Positions 1-11,445 of a DNA stretch of 64,000 bases are shown piece by piece. A program made the translations under genes and the position numbers. The stretch is from Nymphaea colorata (Eukaryota), in contig NC_045138.2 in NCBI RefSeq assembly GCF_008831285.2, positions 1,240,001 to 1,304,000 of the forward strand, given 5' to 3'. The notes beneath the pieces are model-generated. The model was not told where the DNA came from and made no database searches. It saw only the letters and a list, made by a program, of their open reading frames with translations. Each line of letters begins with the position of its first letter. Position 1 is the stretch's first letter.

Positions 1-98
1 CCGACCCGGGCTCAAGCTTCAGGCTCGGGTCCAGGCCCGGGCCCGACTAGGACAGGTACTGGGTACCCGTTGGGGGGCCATCCCGGTGCCCACCCCTG
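1..98. mobile_element. Terminal part of a GGCCCG-rich hAT-like MITE (runs off the window start)
   Basis: CCCGGG/GGCCCG-rich sequence ending TGCCCACCCCTG, the reverse complement of the terminus TAGGGGTGGGCA seen at ~49965. Confidence 0.55.
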
Positions 99-384
99 GA
101 AACCAACAAGGGAGGAAACCTTTTTTTTTAACCATAATTTCAAGAGAGGTTTTTGTAAAAATCTCTAAATTCTAAATTCTAAGCCGAACGTTCCTAACTA
201 CCCTAGCGTTAGGGTCCTCAGCAGATATCACACTGTTTCTAATGTTTCAAACACCTGTTTTAAAGTTTTGAACAGATACATAAACTACCCCAATATCTAG
301 GATGTATGCAAAAAACTAAAATTTTGTCAAACAAATTGACCCCTCCACAAACTGGATGGAACTAGCCTGTGGTCATCCTATTGT

Positions 385-1553
385 CCCGTCCAAGAAAGCG
401 TAACTTAACTTTAGAATGTCAAAGACCTTTTTCTCCATACCTTCGGACTCGCCCGTGCATTTTTTCAGAGCTCTCAAAGTATCCCCCCACACCCCGGCAT
501 CGTCATTGTTCCTCAGGGCTGCTCCAATTGTGGTGATCGCTATCGGCAGACCAGCACACTCCCTGAGGACCTCCATTGCAATTTTTTCTATAGGTAGCTG
601 TTTGATCACATTCCCTTTGTTATAAAGGAATAGGGACATTGCATCTTTCCAGCACATGGCTTCCACCTTGACGTTTCTGCCAGTTTGCATGGGATCGCAT
701 GCATCAAGGGTTCTACTTACGACCACAACTTTGCTTCCATTTGCTGGATCAGGAACACCCAACACACGTATATCGAAACCTTGCCAGACATTATCTAATA
801 TCAACAAGTACTTTCCACCCTTCATTTTTGTTGAAATCAGTTTTTCTCCTTCGCTTAGATCTGCTCCTTTTGCAGAAAGAGTGCTTTAGGTAGCAGGCAA
901 TCTTCTGTTGCAGGCGTTTATAGTCGGATATTTTCCTACTACGATGTACATGACAAAGTCGAAATCTTTAGCTTTTGTTGTGCACATGCTTCACGATACT
1001 AGTCTCGCCAACTCCCCCCATTCTGTGGATGCCGATCCTTGATATCCTGGCGTCTTGTATGCTGTCCAAAATTTCCTTAACGAAGCGAGTAGCAGTATCT
1101 TGCCCATCCAATGGTTCCAGGATGAGTGGCTGTGACCAATCGATTTCTCGAGGCCTTGACACCTGTTCCGCCTCCAATGGTGCCTACTTTATATGTGCCG
1201 TAGCAATACCAACAGTTGGGCAATTCACGGCAACAGGTGCACGTCCCTTTGGTGTTCGGAAAGCCTTTGAAAATGCACTCTGCTTCATCCTTTAGCTCCT
1301 GAGTCTTCATCTGCCACTCTTCTTCCTCTTGTCGAATATCTCTACCTTTAAGATCTTCATCTCTCACCAAGTTATTGACAAGCACTTCTATCTTTCTTAG
1401 CTCACTGATTTCCCTTCCCAGAGTTTCATAGTTCGATTCGTGGTTCTTTAGGTAACCCGCATGCCTCCTTGCATGGACGTACGTCCTTTTGAGCGATGCA
1501 AGAAGGCACTCACAGATGGCATCGGCCGGGATGGGGACGCAGCCGCAGGCCAT
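385..1553 (-). pseudogene. CC-NBS(-LRR) disease resistance gene (RPS2/RPS5-like CNL), frameshifted and truncated before MHD/LRR
   Basis: Three ORFs in different frames (1077-1553, 968-1177, 373-825) give a Cys-containing coiled-coil N-terminus, degenerate P-loop RMGGVGET, kinase-2 KYLLILDNVW, RNBS-B GSKVVVVSR, GLPL-type CAGLPIAI and LKLSYAFL. Homology ends there. Confidence 0.92.
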
Positions 1554-1623
1554 TCTGATTCTTCTCTTTGGTCCGCCCTTAAACCAGCAAGATGGTAGCT
1601 GCCATTGCAGGTAATGGGATTTT

Positions 1624-1922
1624 CAGATGGATACTGGTGAACAAGAGCAAGGCATCCTTTTATATATCAGAGAATTGAACAAGTCCAGATGATCGTCCTC
1701 ATGCCTCTTAGTTAATCCTCTAGCTGGCCAGCGTTGGGACATGGCCTAGAGTAATGCCCATGTCACCATCATTGAAGAGGCTTCCACTAATCCGTGATGA
1801 TGTTAAAAGGGTCCATTCATCCTGTATAACAGCTGTTAGAAAGATCTCCTGTCAATAGTTAGAAATTAGAATAGAAGTCAGAAGATTAAAATGCCTCTAA
1901 TTTTTTTTTTTTAAAAAAAGCT
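1624..1922 (-). promoter_or_regulatory. Putative NLR core promoter/upstream region (copied again at 35538-35805)
   Basis: TATATAAAA on the minus strand at ~1658-1666, about 105 bp upstream of the ATG at 1553. Confidence 0.5.
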
Positions 1923-1975
1923 CTACAACTTGTCTAAGTAAAAAGTTGACGTCTATGTGTTAAAGGTCATCCCAA

Positions 1976-2546
1976 GGAGACAGGTTTGTCTAAGTAAATA
2001 TGTAATTCAAATACGCCTTATGTTCAGACTTCCACCGACTCTTCTGAGCCACAATCGGGCAAATGAGTGTTATTTTGTAACGGTGCATAAAATAGAAATT
2101 CAAACAAAAGGAGGCTGAATGAAAAGGTCAAAACATTAATTTTAGGACTAAATGTGTTCTATCACCAAGCTTAACATTACATTGGATCCCAGAAACACAA
2201 TTGATCACGTGATGACATTGGTAGATGATGAATAACGGCATCTGTAAAAATGAAACATTGACATGCCAATAAAAGGCGATGCACTTCTCAATACAATTTA
2301 GGTGTGGATGTGACAAGATTTAAAGCAGATAAACATATATGCATTATCTTTTACATGCATTATCTTTTTTCACAAAAATATGACGTGCTAGACAAATGGA
2401 TAATCATGTTGAGTGTAGGGACAGTGCCCCTTTCAAAAAAAAAGTAAAGATTTTTAATTTTTTTCATTCTTAATCTTCATATTTTTCTTGGTCTGTCCTA
2501 ATTACCTTTAACTTCATGCTTGCAGACATTTGATGAAACTTTTGGA
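1976..2546. repeat. ~570 bp segment with a circularly permuted copy at 29422-29970
   Basis: 1976-2385 matches 29575-29970 and 2396-2546 matches 29422-29577. Confidence 0.9.
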
Positions 2547-5360
2547 CAAGAATCTTCATAGAAACATTGCCGGCTCATAGAAGATATTATAATCATCAAG
2601 AAAATACTGCTTTTACTGTTAAAATTAAATAGGCTAGTAAAGAAAAAACACCACGCATATCAGGTTAATTTTTATAAGATTCCAGTCCCCTTGGACAGGT
2701 CACGGATCAAATCCTATACAAAGATTTTGCTATTTTTATACTGCAGATCTAAATCCCAATGTATCTATGTCTCAATGAGTGGGAGGAAATTCCACTAGCG
2801 GAGTAAGGGTGCATTGCTTCCAGCCCAAAGGCATATGGAGTATGTGATGCTCATATCATTCACAAGTGATCAGCCCAAAGGCATTGAGGTTAAGGGCAAA
2901 TCCAATCCATTTCATGTTCCATATGATGGACCTGATGCCGTCTTCAATGAATAGTTGAATTATATACCTTTAAAATCAATCATCAACTATTTACTTTAAG
3001 AGCTGTAGTGTAGCTGGTCTGGTTAGCGGACTAGTGAAAGTCTAATCGTTGGTTTGATTCCTCTGAGTGCTACTGTTAGAGACTGCAAACATAAATGTGT
3101 TACACTTTAGTTTGTCGAAGCAATCATATACCTCCGGGGAAAGAGGAAAGGGGAAGTTTGTACCTCTCTTCAAATCGACAATCCAATATTCTTTGATCTC
3201 AAAATTAGATTCGGATGAGACACTGGCTTCACTTTGCAAACATGCGCATATGACCAGGACAAGCATCCTACTGCTGGTATGTATGCATTCGAACCTAAAT
3301 CAGGATTTAACTTCATCAATAATGAATCAGCTATAAAAAGTATATAATATTTTAACACTAAACTAACTATTGCATTTAGAAAGGATTCAAATCCAGGTCC
3401 GGTTCAGATCTATACCCAATTAGTAGTTGAGGTCAACAATTGGGTAGGCAGCATCCGGACCCGCTTAGTTATCAGACAAAGCCAGTCCAGGAAAGAGATA
3501 AAGAGGGGACACCGAACGAGGGGGTGATAAAGTCGCATTTAAAACAACAGTAAGAATGTAAGGAGTACAAGTGGTTATATTGATTCAATGAATACTTGTG
3601 GACTGATACACATGGCCCCAACAGTCACCCTGTGGACCAAACAAATTAATAAATGCGATCTGCAAAGTGTATTTAATAAAGATTAGGTAAGCTTTGAGCG
3701 GCACTATTTAAATGCATACGAAGGGAGAAACAATAAGGGCGCATAAATCATGATGCATCAAACTTGACGGCTTAAAAAAATTATGTTTCTGATGAGAAAA
3801 ATCATACTAAAGGTAGGTTCTTTCAGCTGAATCTATTTGAGCTACATTGAATCAAGTGTTTCTTTTTTTCTTTATTTTGCCTTGTACTTCGGAGTGGAAA
3901 TTCCAGTTGGACTGGACTTGCCGCTGCAAGACTCAAATCTAAATTCAAGAGCGACTGGGTGTAACAGATCTGGACCTAGTCCATACGGCACATATGAGAA
4001 ATTATTGATGTCCTTTTCATTGGAAAGTTTCCCCTCAATTTTAGAAATTTGGATCAGAACCCAGATCTTGTATGAATTACTACGAAATTCATACCCGGAA
4101 GGATATTAGTATATTACTAATAGTTACCTACAGATCTCATCAAAACTGGATCATATTCAATGCCTTGACACCCAACTGACCTGATCGTGAGATGCGAACA
4201 TGGATCTTTTCCATGTAATTCATTTTCTAGATTCGACACTTCGGATAGGCACACAATTTTTTTTTTTAGTTATTTGAGGTAAACAGGGAATAGTACTTCA
4301 CCATACTGCCTACCACCCAAGAAGAAAGCCAAAACCCCCATCCTTCCCCGTCCCTGAAGACTGAAGATACCTCCACCACCTATCATATTTGACCTAATAA
4401 AATCTTTGTTATCAACACTTCATAAATCATCTAAAGGGGTCTCGATTGGAATCTTTACAGATAACCAGCCTAGAAAATCTAAAAAACTAGGCAAAAAAGA
4501 AGACACTATATGAAAATATATATATATTTTTGTGGAATTAACTTTTTTCATACTTTATTTTGATAAAAAAAAATCAGAGACCAATGATACAGTGCAGAAA
4601 GTAGAATAAGCAACAGATGTTAGATTTAATTACGGCTGACTTAAACGAAACCTGGACTTTTTTTTATTATACAAGTTTTTGGACTTGTTAATGCGTAGTT
4701 ATACATTGTTGATTTTGGAGTTGGCAATATTGCACATTATATTTGAATTGGGAGAAAATTGATAAGATTTTTGTCAACCAGAAAAATAAATATGATTGTA
4801 TGTATGCATAATCCAATCAAGATCAAACTCGGATGTGTTTAGAAAAACAATGGATCCGCTTGTAAAATTGTTTACAACATGAATTTGCGACTAAATTAAT
4901 TTGTGCAGCCTCATAGCTAACTATGACCGTCAAGTAGATAATCATTCGGCACAATTTCTTGAGTTCTCCAGAGGTTCTGCAAAGCAATTTTTCCATGTGC
5001 TTGCATTGCTCTCGTGCAGCACAGCAGGATTCTTCTTTTTCTTTTCTTCCAGTTGTACTTAGGGACCCACCAAAGAAGCCCCGCTACAAGGAACACTAGC
5101 ACAGCTGAGAAAAAGTGGTGGGGAGAGAGACGGTTGGGTCCCACCTTTTCACTAAGATGCATGCTTGGTGCAGTGGCTGGGGGCTTGTTGAGAGGCTTGA
5201 GTCTAGCTACCAAAGTATGAAATATTGGTCGTATTTTCAGGTTTTAACATACATATACATATATTAAAGCTGAAATCTGCCGGCCAGATTTTATAACTCA
5301 GTTAGGAGAGCTGAGAGTGCTAATTGTTGAGGACACCGAAGGCACAACAAGCGATACTTC

Positions 5361-5660
5361 TCCCCTCTCCTACTAAATTCCTAAAATTCCTAAGAACCAG
5401 TTCCTCTCTTTCTCTCTCTTTTATATTTATGAAGAGGTAGTTTCTTCGGTTTGGAAGTATTGTGAAGGTGTGCATAAATAGGCAGGTCCACCATCATGAC
5501 ATGCATAAGATATCTGATGAGCCAAACCCATTTAACTTGATGGAGATATTGTAAGCTATACAATTGCGTTGAATGCTTATTGACTCGTAGAAAGATCAAA
5601 TATTACTTTTTCGATATATCTGAGTCCAGACAGTCGGATAATTGTGGACTTGGTTAAGAA
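5361..5660 (-). promoter_or_regulatory. Orphan promoter and 5'UTR of the F-box gene family (no CDS attached)
   Basis: Matches the region upstream of the F-box ATG at 58180-58393 and 48880-49000. TATAAAAG on the minus strand at ~5418-5425. Confidence 0.75.
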
Positions 5661-5689
5661 TCCAATCGTGATCGATCTTCATATGTTCT

Positions 5690-6232
5690 TGAGAAAACTA
5701 ACTTTTAGGATTCCAGATGGATCCATCAGTTGCTTGTCTAGCTCCTCTTCTTCGACACCCTTCTCAGTCTGCAACTCCTCCTCATCATCTTCATCTTTAC
5801 TCACTTCCCAATCTCCTTCCTTCCTGACTTCCTCGCTCCTCACAGACTTGTCTTCGTAGAAGTGCGTGGTGGTGATTTCTTCCTTGCCATGGGAGGAGTA
5901 TGGAGCTTCTGGGAGCCATTCTTCCTCTTGACGTATTCGTTGTAAATGTGCGGTGTTGGGCTCGAGGTGCCCAAAAATTTGGACGCCTCAACACGGACGA
6001 TGACGATGACATTGGAGACAACAAACAGGAATTTGGGCAAAGGATGTCACCCATCATGTTGGGAAGGGAGACACACAGAAGAGACTTGATGAAGAATCAG
6101 AGGGGAGAAAGCCATAGAGGGCTTGAAGCCCACCATGATTGGTGTCACTGCATAGAAGGTGAGCTTGTGGAGATAATTGGTCTTCTTGTACTTGACCATG
6201 GCCCAGAATTTCTCAACTTTTGCGGGTTCCAT
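5690..6232 (-). pseudogene. DUF4408/DUF761-like (cotton-fibre-expressed type) membrane protein pseudogene, near full length; left arm of inverted repeat
   Basis: Frameshifted pieces MEPAKVEKF-AMVKYKK..., CPKFLFVVSNVIVIV..., IYNEYVKR and an acidic tail ending EEEELDK. Family assignment is from motif recall, not a search. Confidence 0.65.
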
Positions 6233-7026
6233 AGCAGTAAAAGAGAAAGAGAGGGAGAATGAAAAAAAGAGAGCTCACAATCCGGATAAAATTTTGGGAG
6301 CGGGATTCAAGTTCATTGAATAGGAGAGAAGATAGAGGGAGAGCAGAGGAGGAATTCCATATGAGAAAATAAATCAGGTGGGGGAGTTTATATAGCATTG
6401 AGGAAGATGGTGGTAGTGGTTTTGCTTCAACTATGCTGCCTTTTAGAGAGAGAGAGAGAGAGAGAGATTTCTCATATGAAATTCCTCCTCTGCTCTCTCT
6501 CTCTATCTTCTCTCCTATTCAATGAACTTGAATCCCGCTCCCAAAATTTTATCGGGATTGTGAGCTCTCTTTCTTTCATTCTCCCTCTCTTTCTCTTTTA
6601 CTGCACATCTCTTGAGCTATGGAACCCGCAAAAGTTGAGAAATTCAGGGCCATGGTCAAGTACAAGAAGACCAATTATCTCCACAAGCTCGCTTTCTATG
6701 CAGTGACACCAATCATGGTGGGCTTATTTTTATCAAGCCCTCTCTGGCTTTCTCCCCTCTGATTATTCATCAAGTCTCTCCTGTGTGTCTCCCTTCCCAA
6801 CATGATGGGTGACATCCTTTGCCCAAAATTCCTGTTTGTTGTCTCCAATGTCATCGTCATCGTCCGAGTTCAGGCGTCCAAATTTTTGGGCACCTCGAGC
6901 CCAACGGCGGACATTTACGATGAATATGTCAGGAGGAAGAATGGCTCCCAGAAGCTCCATGCTCCTCCCATGGCAAGGAAGGAAACCATCACCTCCCACT
7001 TCTACGATGACAAGTCAGTGAGGAGC
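5835..7026. repeat. Long inverted repeat 1 (arms 5835-6369 / 6467-7026)
   Basis: Arms are reverse complements with scattered substitutions and small indels. The ~97 bp spacer holds a TATA box and an (AG)n tract. Confidence 0.97.
6619..7026 (+). pseudogene. DUF4408-like gene, 3'-truncated copy (right arm), fused to F-box fragment
   Basis: ATGGAACCCGCAAAAGTTGAG start. ORF 6802-7248 contains CPKFLFVVSNVIVIV and IYDEYVRR. Confidence 0.65.
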
Positions 7027-7042
7027 CCAAAAATTTGGCAGC

Positions 7043-7395
7043 AATTGGTTCTTAAGAATTTGAGGAATTTAGTAGGAGATGGGAGGAAGACCACCATGGG
7101 CAAGATCATGAAGAAGGTTGCCATGAAGAGACCAGTGACTGTTGATGTTCTTCCTGCAGAAGTCATTGTACAGATCGTAGGATGCGTTGTTTCTTCATCG
7201 CCAGCCATGTTGTCGTTTCCTGATCTTGCCAACATGAAGCTCACTTAAATTTTCTATCATCTCCAACATATTCAACTTTTAAGCACTCTACATGCATTCT
7301 TTAAAGGGTTTGATTCAAATGGAGTGGCAGGTGCAAGATGCTGCATGAAGCTGCAAGGGATAGATGGGTGCTCAGACGAGCCACCATTGTGGATG
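7043..7395 (+). pseudogene. F-box gene (At1g67623-like family) 5'UTR plus partial exon 1
   Basis: MGKIMKKVAMKRPVTVDVLPAEVIVQIVGCV has an F-box-like LP-EV--I motif. Homologous to 57865-58210 (minus). Confidence 0.7.
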
Positions 7396-8239
7396 ATTTG
7401 TGGTTTTTTTTCTAAGATTTGGCAGCAACTGAAAACAGAGACAAGTATTAACCTTCTCCTCTTGATCTCCATTTGATTTCTTAATCTTAAGATGAAAAAG
7501 TACGTTGATGAGCCTTCTTAATTTGTTGCTTATGACTAATAAGTTACTTCGGCTAAAACTCGTCATTTAACTTTTTGAAAGCTATTGGTTTGTAAGAATT
7601 TTAGTGATGCAAAGTGGGAGACCATGAAATATATCAAGGATTGACCAGAAAACGATCAATTATTTTTGCATTAATGTCGTTGATAATGAAAACCTGCAAA
7701 CTGAACCATCATGCATGGTTCACCAAAATGCATCTGTCAGCAATGTTGATGTTAATTTTGATGGTGGCCACTATGACAGTGGTTGTAGTAGAGAGATATA
7801 GAAAGAAAGTAGTCATGAATCATGATGGTTAACCTACTTGCAAAACATAATAGTAGTTACCAACCAGTTATGATTATCTTTCCAATCTCTTGGAACAAAA
7901 GCAAACTATAGTAATAAAACTAAAAAGAAACAAGCATTTATGTGAACCATCGGAAGACTTCTGTTGCAGGAAATTAGTCCGAGGTTTATTCAGCAAACTA
8001 GAGGCGCACACTATCACAATGGTCGGTAGGTGGAATGTCTATGCATGCTGTGATGTCCACTACGTAATTCAGAAAGGAAGGGATAAGGAGTCGTCCTCTA
8101 TTCATTAGAGTTAGAAGAATGTCCATGGTTGAATGCGTGCTTCGTAATCTTTTTTCTTCACTTAACCCAAATTCATTCGTTGATTCCTGGTGCCTTTACT
8201 TTCATGTCCTCTTTTACTCTCTGGTGCTTCGCTTGTGGA

Positions 8240-9034
8240 TTAGAAGGGCGAGCCGGATGCATTCGGAAATGACATATATAATCATGTTTAGACCACAATT
8301 AGCACACACCAGCTTCAGCCCCTGCTTTGAGGACAATTGTATGTAAAGACTACACATCTATCTCCATCCTTGTCAATGGATGACAAAAGAAAAAAGAAAC
8401 AATATGGTAGTACACAAGATTGGACCTTTGGGTCATCTTTAATTTTACCATATTGCTTTGCCAAGGCAACACCATCATGTAAATTTTAGTCTTCCCACAT
8501 AGAGGGGAAGACATAGGTTCAAGGAATGGAACTTGCAAAGAAGAAATGGTGCAATAGCAATGCAACTGCATTCTTAAGACAATAAGTGCAAACCCGAAAC
8601 CAATGAAGAAAGAAAACAAGACTAAAGAATGGGAAAGTGCATTCTTGAGACCATAAGTGCAGAATTGAAAGTGTAAGGTTGTTTTTGGTTCACCGTAGAT
8701 CTGAGATCCATAGTGATCTGAAAACTCTAATATCTAAAATCCATGGATTTAAGATCGGACACCACCCCCAAATCCGATCTTAAATTCATGGTTTTTAACA
8801 TTTAGCATGAATTTGAAATTCATGCTATTAATTAAGATCTTTAGTTTGTTTAAACTGAAGATCTCTCAAAACACGTCTTTTAATGCAACCTGGGATAAGA
8901 TACAACCAAAAGGAAAAAAACATTATGAAAGATAGAGAGTTGATAGTGAATAAGTTTTGAAGATGAGAGGCATGAAAGAACCACAGAAGAAGCATTCTTA
9001 TAAAAGAAGAAGAGAAAGTACAGAAAACGGTATG

Positions 9035-9093
<59 letters not shown>

Positions 9094-9372
9094 CCCCTAT
9101 GTTCTGGAATGGTCAAAGCTATTACGCGAGCCTCTATATATCCTTGCAATCTCGTTCACTGCACCCAAGGGGGAAGATGTCTTTCTTTTTTAAGATGTAT
9201 TGCCTCTATTGCTGTATTATTTCTGGGAAAATGTGAGATTTTGGAAGATAATTGTATCCATAAAAGATGCCATTTGATGTTATTTTAGGATATTGTGGAA
9301 GTGACAGTTCATTTTGAATAATAATGTACATAGAAACACACGAACAGAGGATACGTTTAATATATGTGATAA
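8240..9372 (-). promoter_or_regulatory. Promoter/5' cassette of an unidentified gene, copy 1 of 3 (others ~19470-20583 and 34335-35478)
   Basis: Minus-strand TATATAGAG at ~9132-9140, followed by an (AG)n leader and T-rich intron-like sequence. Three direct copies in the window. Confidence 0.5.
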
Positions 9373-9968
9373 TCTGTTTTGTAATAATACAAAACAAATT
9401 TAATTCGTAGGTACCATGAATCGCCGTAAATGAGAGAGGTAAAATCATGGAATGGTCCTTTAAACGGAAAAGGGGTAAAGGCGACATCCTTCAACTCAGA
9501 CAAAATACCATATACACATTACATAGTGAAATTGAAATCAGTCCGCCAACATCTATTGTCAGTTGAGTTATTTTTATATTTTTATATTTCGTGATGTTAA
9601 AAACTGTTGCCAATGTTGAATTCTGCAGATAAAAATGGTGATCAATATATTACAGTCACAGAATGCTGTGACGGCTTTTTGATTCACAAAATTTGAAAAA
9701 AAAAAAAAAAACTCATGTGAGCATTGGCTGGTTGATTTTAATCATAAATCATAACTAGATTTGCAATTTAAGTGGTCTACCCTAACCACACCGTTTTTTT
9801 TTTTCTCTTTATGACAACACTGACAAGGAACTCTCTAGAGGATGGGACCGGCGCTTAATTGACTTTCTTTTTTTTTTTTTTTTTGGTTTGGTTTGAGAGG
9901 CTAGGTCACCGACTAGCAGCCTAAAACCAAAGGCTACATTCCACCAAAACTATGGTTAATATTCTTGT

Positions 9969-10372
9969 TAGGGATGTCAACGAATGAGATATATCGGTAA
10001 TCATATCCACTTTTTCATATATTGATATGTTCTGATTCGAATTCGAATAAAGAAAAGTCATATCTAAATCTGAATCTGAAATCCAATTTTTCAATCCAAA
10101 TCTGATCCGAATCCGAATTTTAAACCGGATTTTGCCAAATCTCAAAATTTGATAGCATTAAATACTGGATATTTGTTAAAAAATGAATCCAATCCAAATC
10201 TGTATGCGAATCTGATCAGTTATTTATGTATATCCGAAACCAATTGGATGTCATTTATTAAGTCTGAATCCGATCCGATATCTTAATGGGATATTAAACT
10301 TTTTTCCATAATCAATGTTTTTGAATCGGATCGGTCGGATATCCGATTCAAATCGGATATATTGACATCCTC
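9969..10372. mobile_element. hAT-like MITE with ATCCGA/ATCTGA internal repeats (second copy ~21575-22009)
   Basis: Termini TAGGGATGTCAA ... TTGACATCC, with repeated ATCCGAAT motifs. Confidence 0.7.
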
Positions 10373-11148
10373 ATGTGTTGTGTTGTACAAAATGCTAACT
10401 TGGTCAATGAATCAACCGGTCACCTATTAAGAATGCACGCACAGGCAGACATGTTTTCTTGTGTTCTCTTACCTAACTAAATATATTATTGCTGATCTTA
10501 TTCTTAAAAATCCTCAAACAAGACAGAAGTCATATTTCTAATACAGGTAAATAAGATTTAATCTCTAAAACAACAAATCGACGTATAGCCTGAACTATTT
10601 TGATTTGTAAAATCTAGTTTACGTACAAAGAAGTATGATGCGTTATATGACCAATTGTTAACTTTCAGAAGATAACATGCACAGTTCATTTTTTCCATTA
10701 AAGAATCAAACTCAATATAGTTTCTTGTGCATGAGGTCCAAACATGGTTGCTCAAAGAATGGTTGTGTTCCTCATTCTTTTTTTGTCCTTGCCCGTATCT
10801 TTATAATCACAAGGTGCTGGTCGGTATTGATATGGATGGATGATTCGCATTTTATGTTCATCTACTACTTATTCGTCCTCCTTTTGGTCTATAGAAATTG
10901 TGGAAAGAGATGACCTCGCTTGGCAGTTCTGCAGGGTTTTTAAAGTATGTAATAATACGTCATATTTGCACGTTGACCATAATTTTAAGACTACCAATTT
11001 CGTAGTTGTGCGGCCTTTGCATTTTTGTTTGGATTAGTTGAGTGAAACCTCACATGCATGCTCTCATTGGAATTGAGCTGCTCTTCTATCTACAAGTTGG
11101 AACTAAGAATACATTTGGTGACCGACAGTCAAGGATAGATGTTATCCA

Positions 11149-11445
11149 TGTTAGCAAAATTATAGGGATGGATTATCTACAGCTGCCTATTCAAGATTTT
11201 CTCATGGTTTCCTTATCTCATTGTTCCCTTATCCATCATATTCTGTTACTTGTTTAACACGAGAATCCTCTGTGATTCTCTTGACTAAATCGGTCTGGTT
11301 GTATTCTATATATTGAAAGTTCATCTTCTCTCAAATTATCAGAGAATGAATAAAGTGAGAGCTCCCCTTCCCATGGATGTAGGCATCAAAATGCCGAACC
11401 ACGTACATTCTTGATTTTTCCTTTTTCCTATTTCATATTTTAACA
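11149..11445 (+). mobile_element. Solo LTR of the copia element at 22050-27256
   Basis: TGTTAGC...TTAACA flanked by 5-bp TSD ATCCA (11144-11148, 11446-11450). Homologous to LTR 26932-27256. Confidence 0.93.

Noticed and set aside
5885..5908. GCCATGGGAGGAGTATGGAG resembling a miR482/2118 site, or a MIR482 precursor within hairpin 1
   Set aside because: Many mismatches at the miRNA 5' end, and explained by coding sequence LHTPPMA of the DUF4408-like gene
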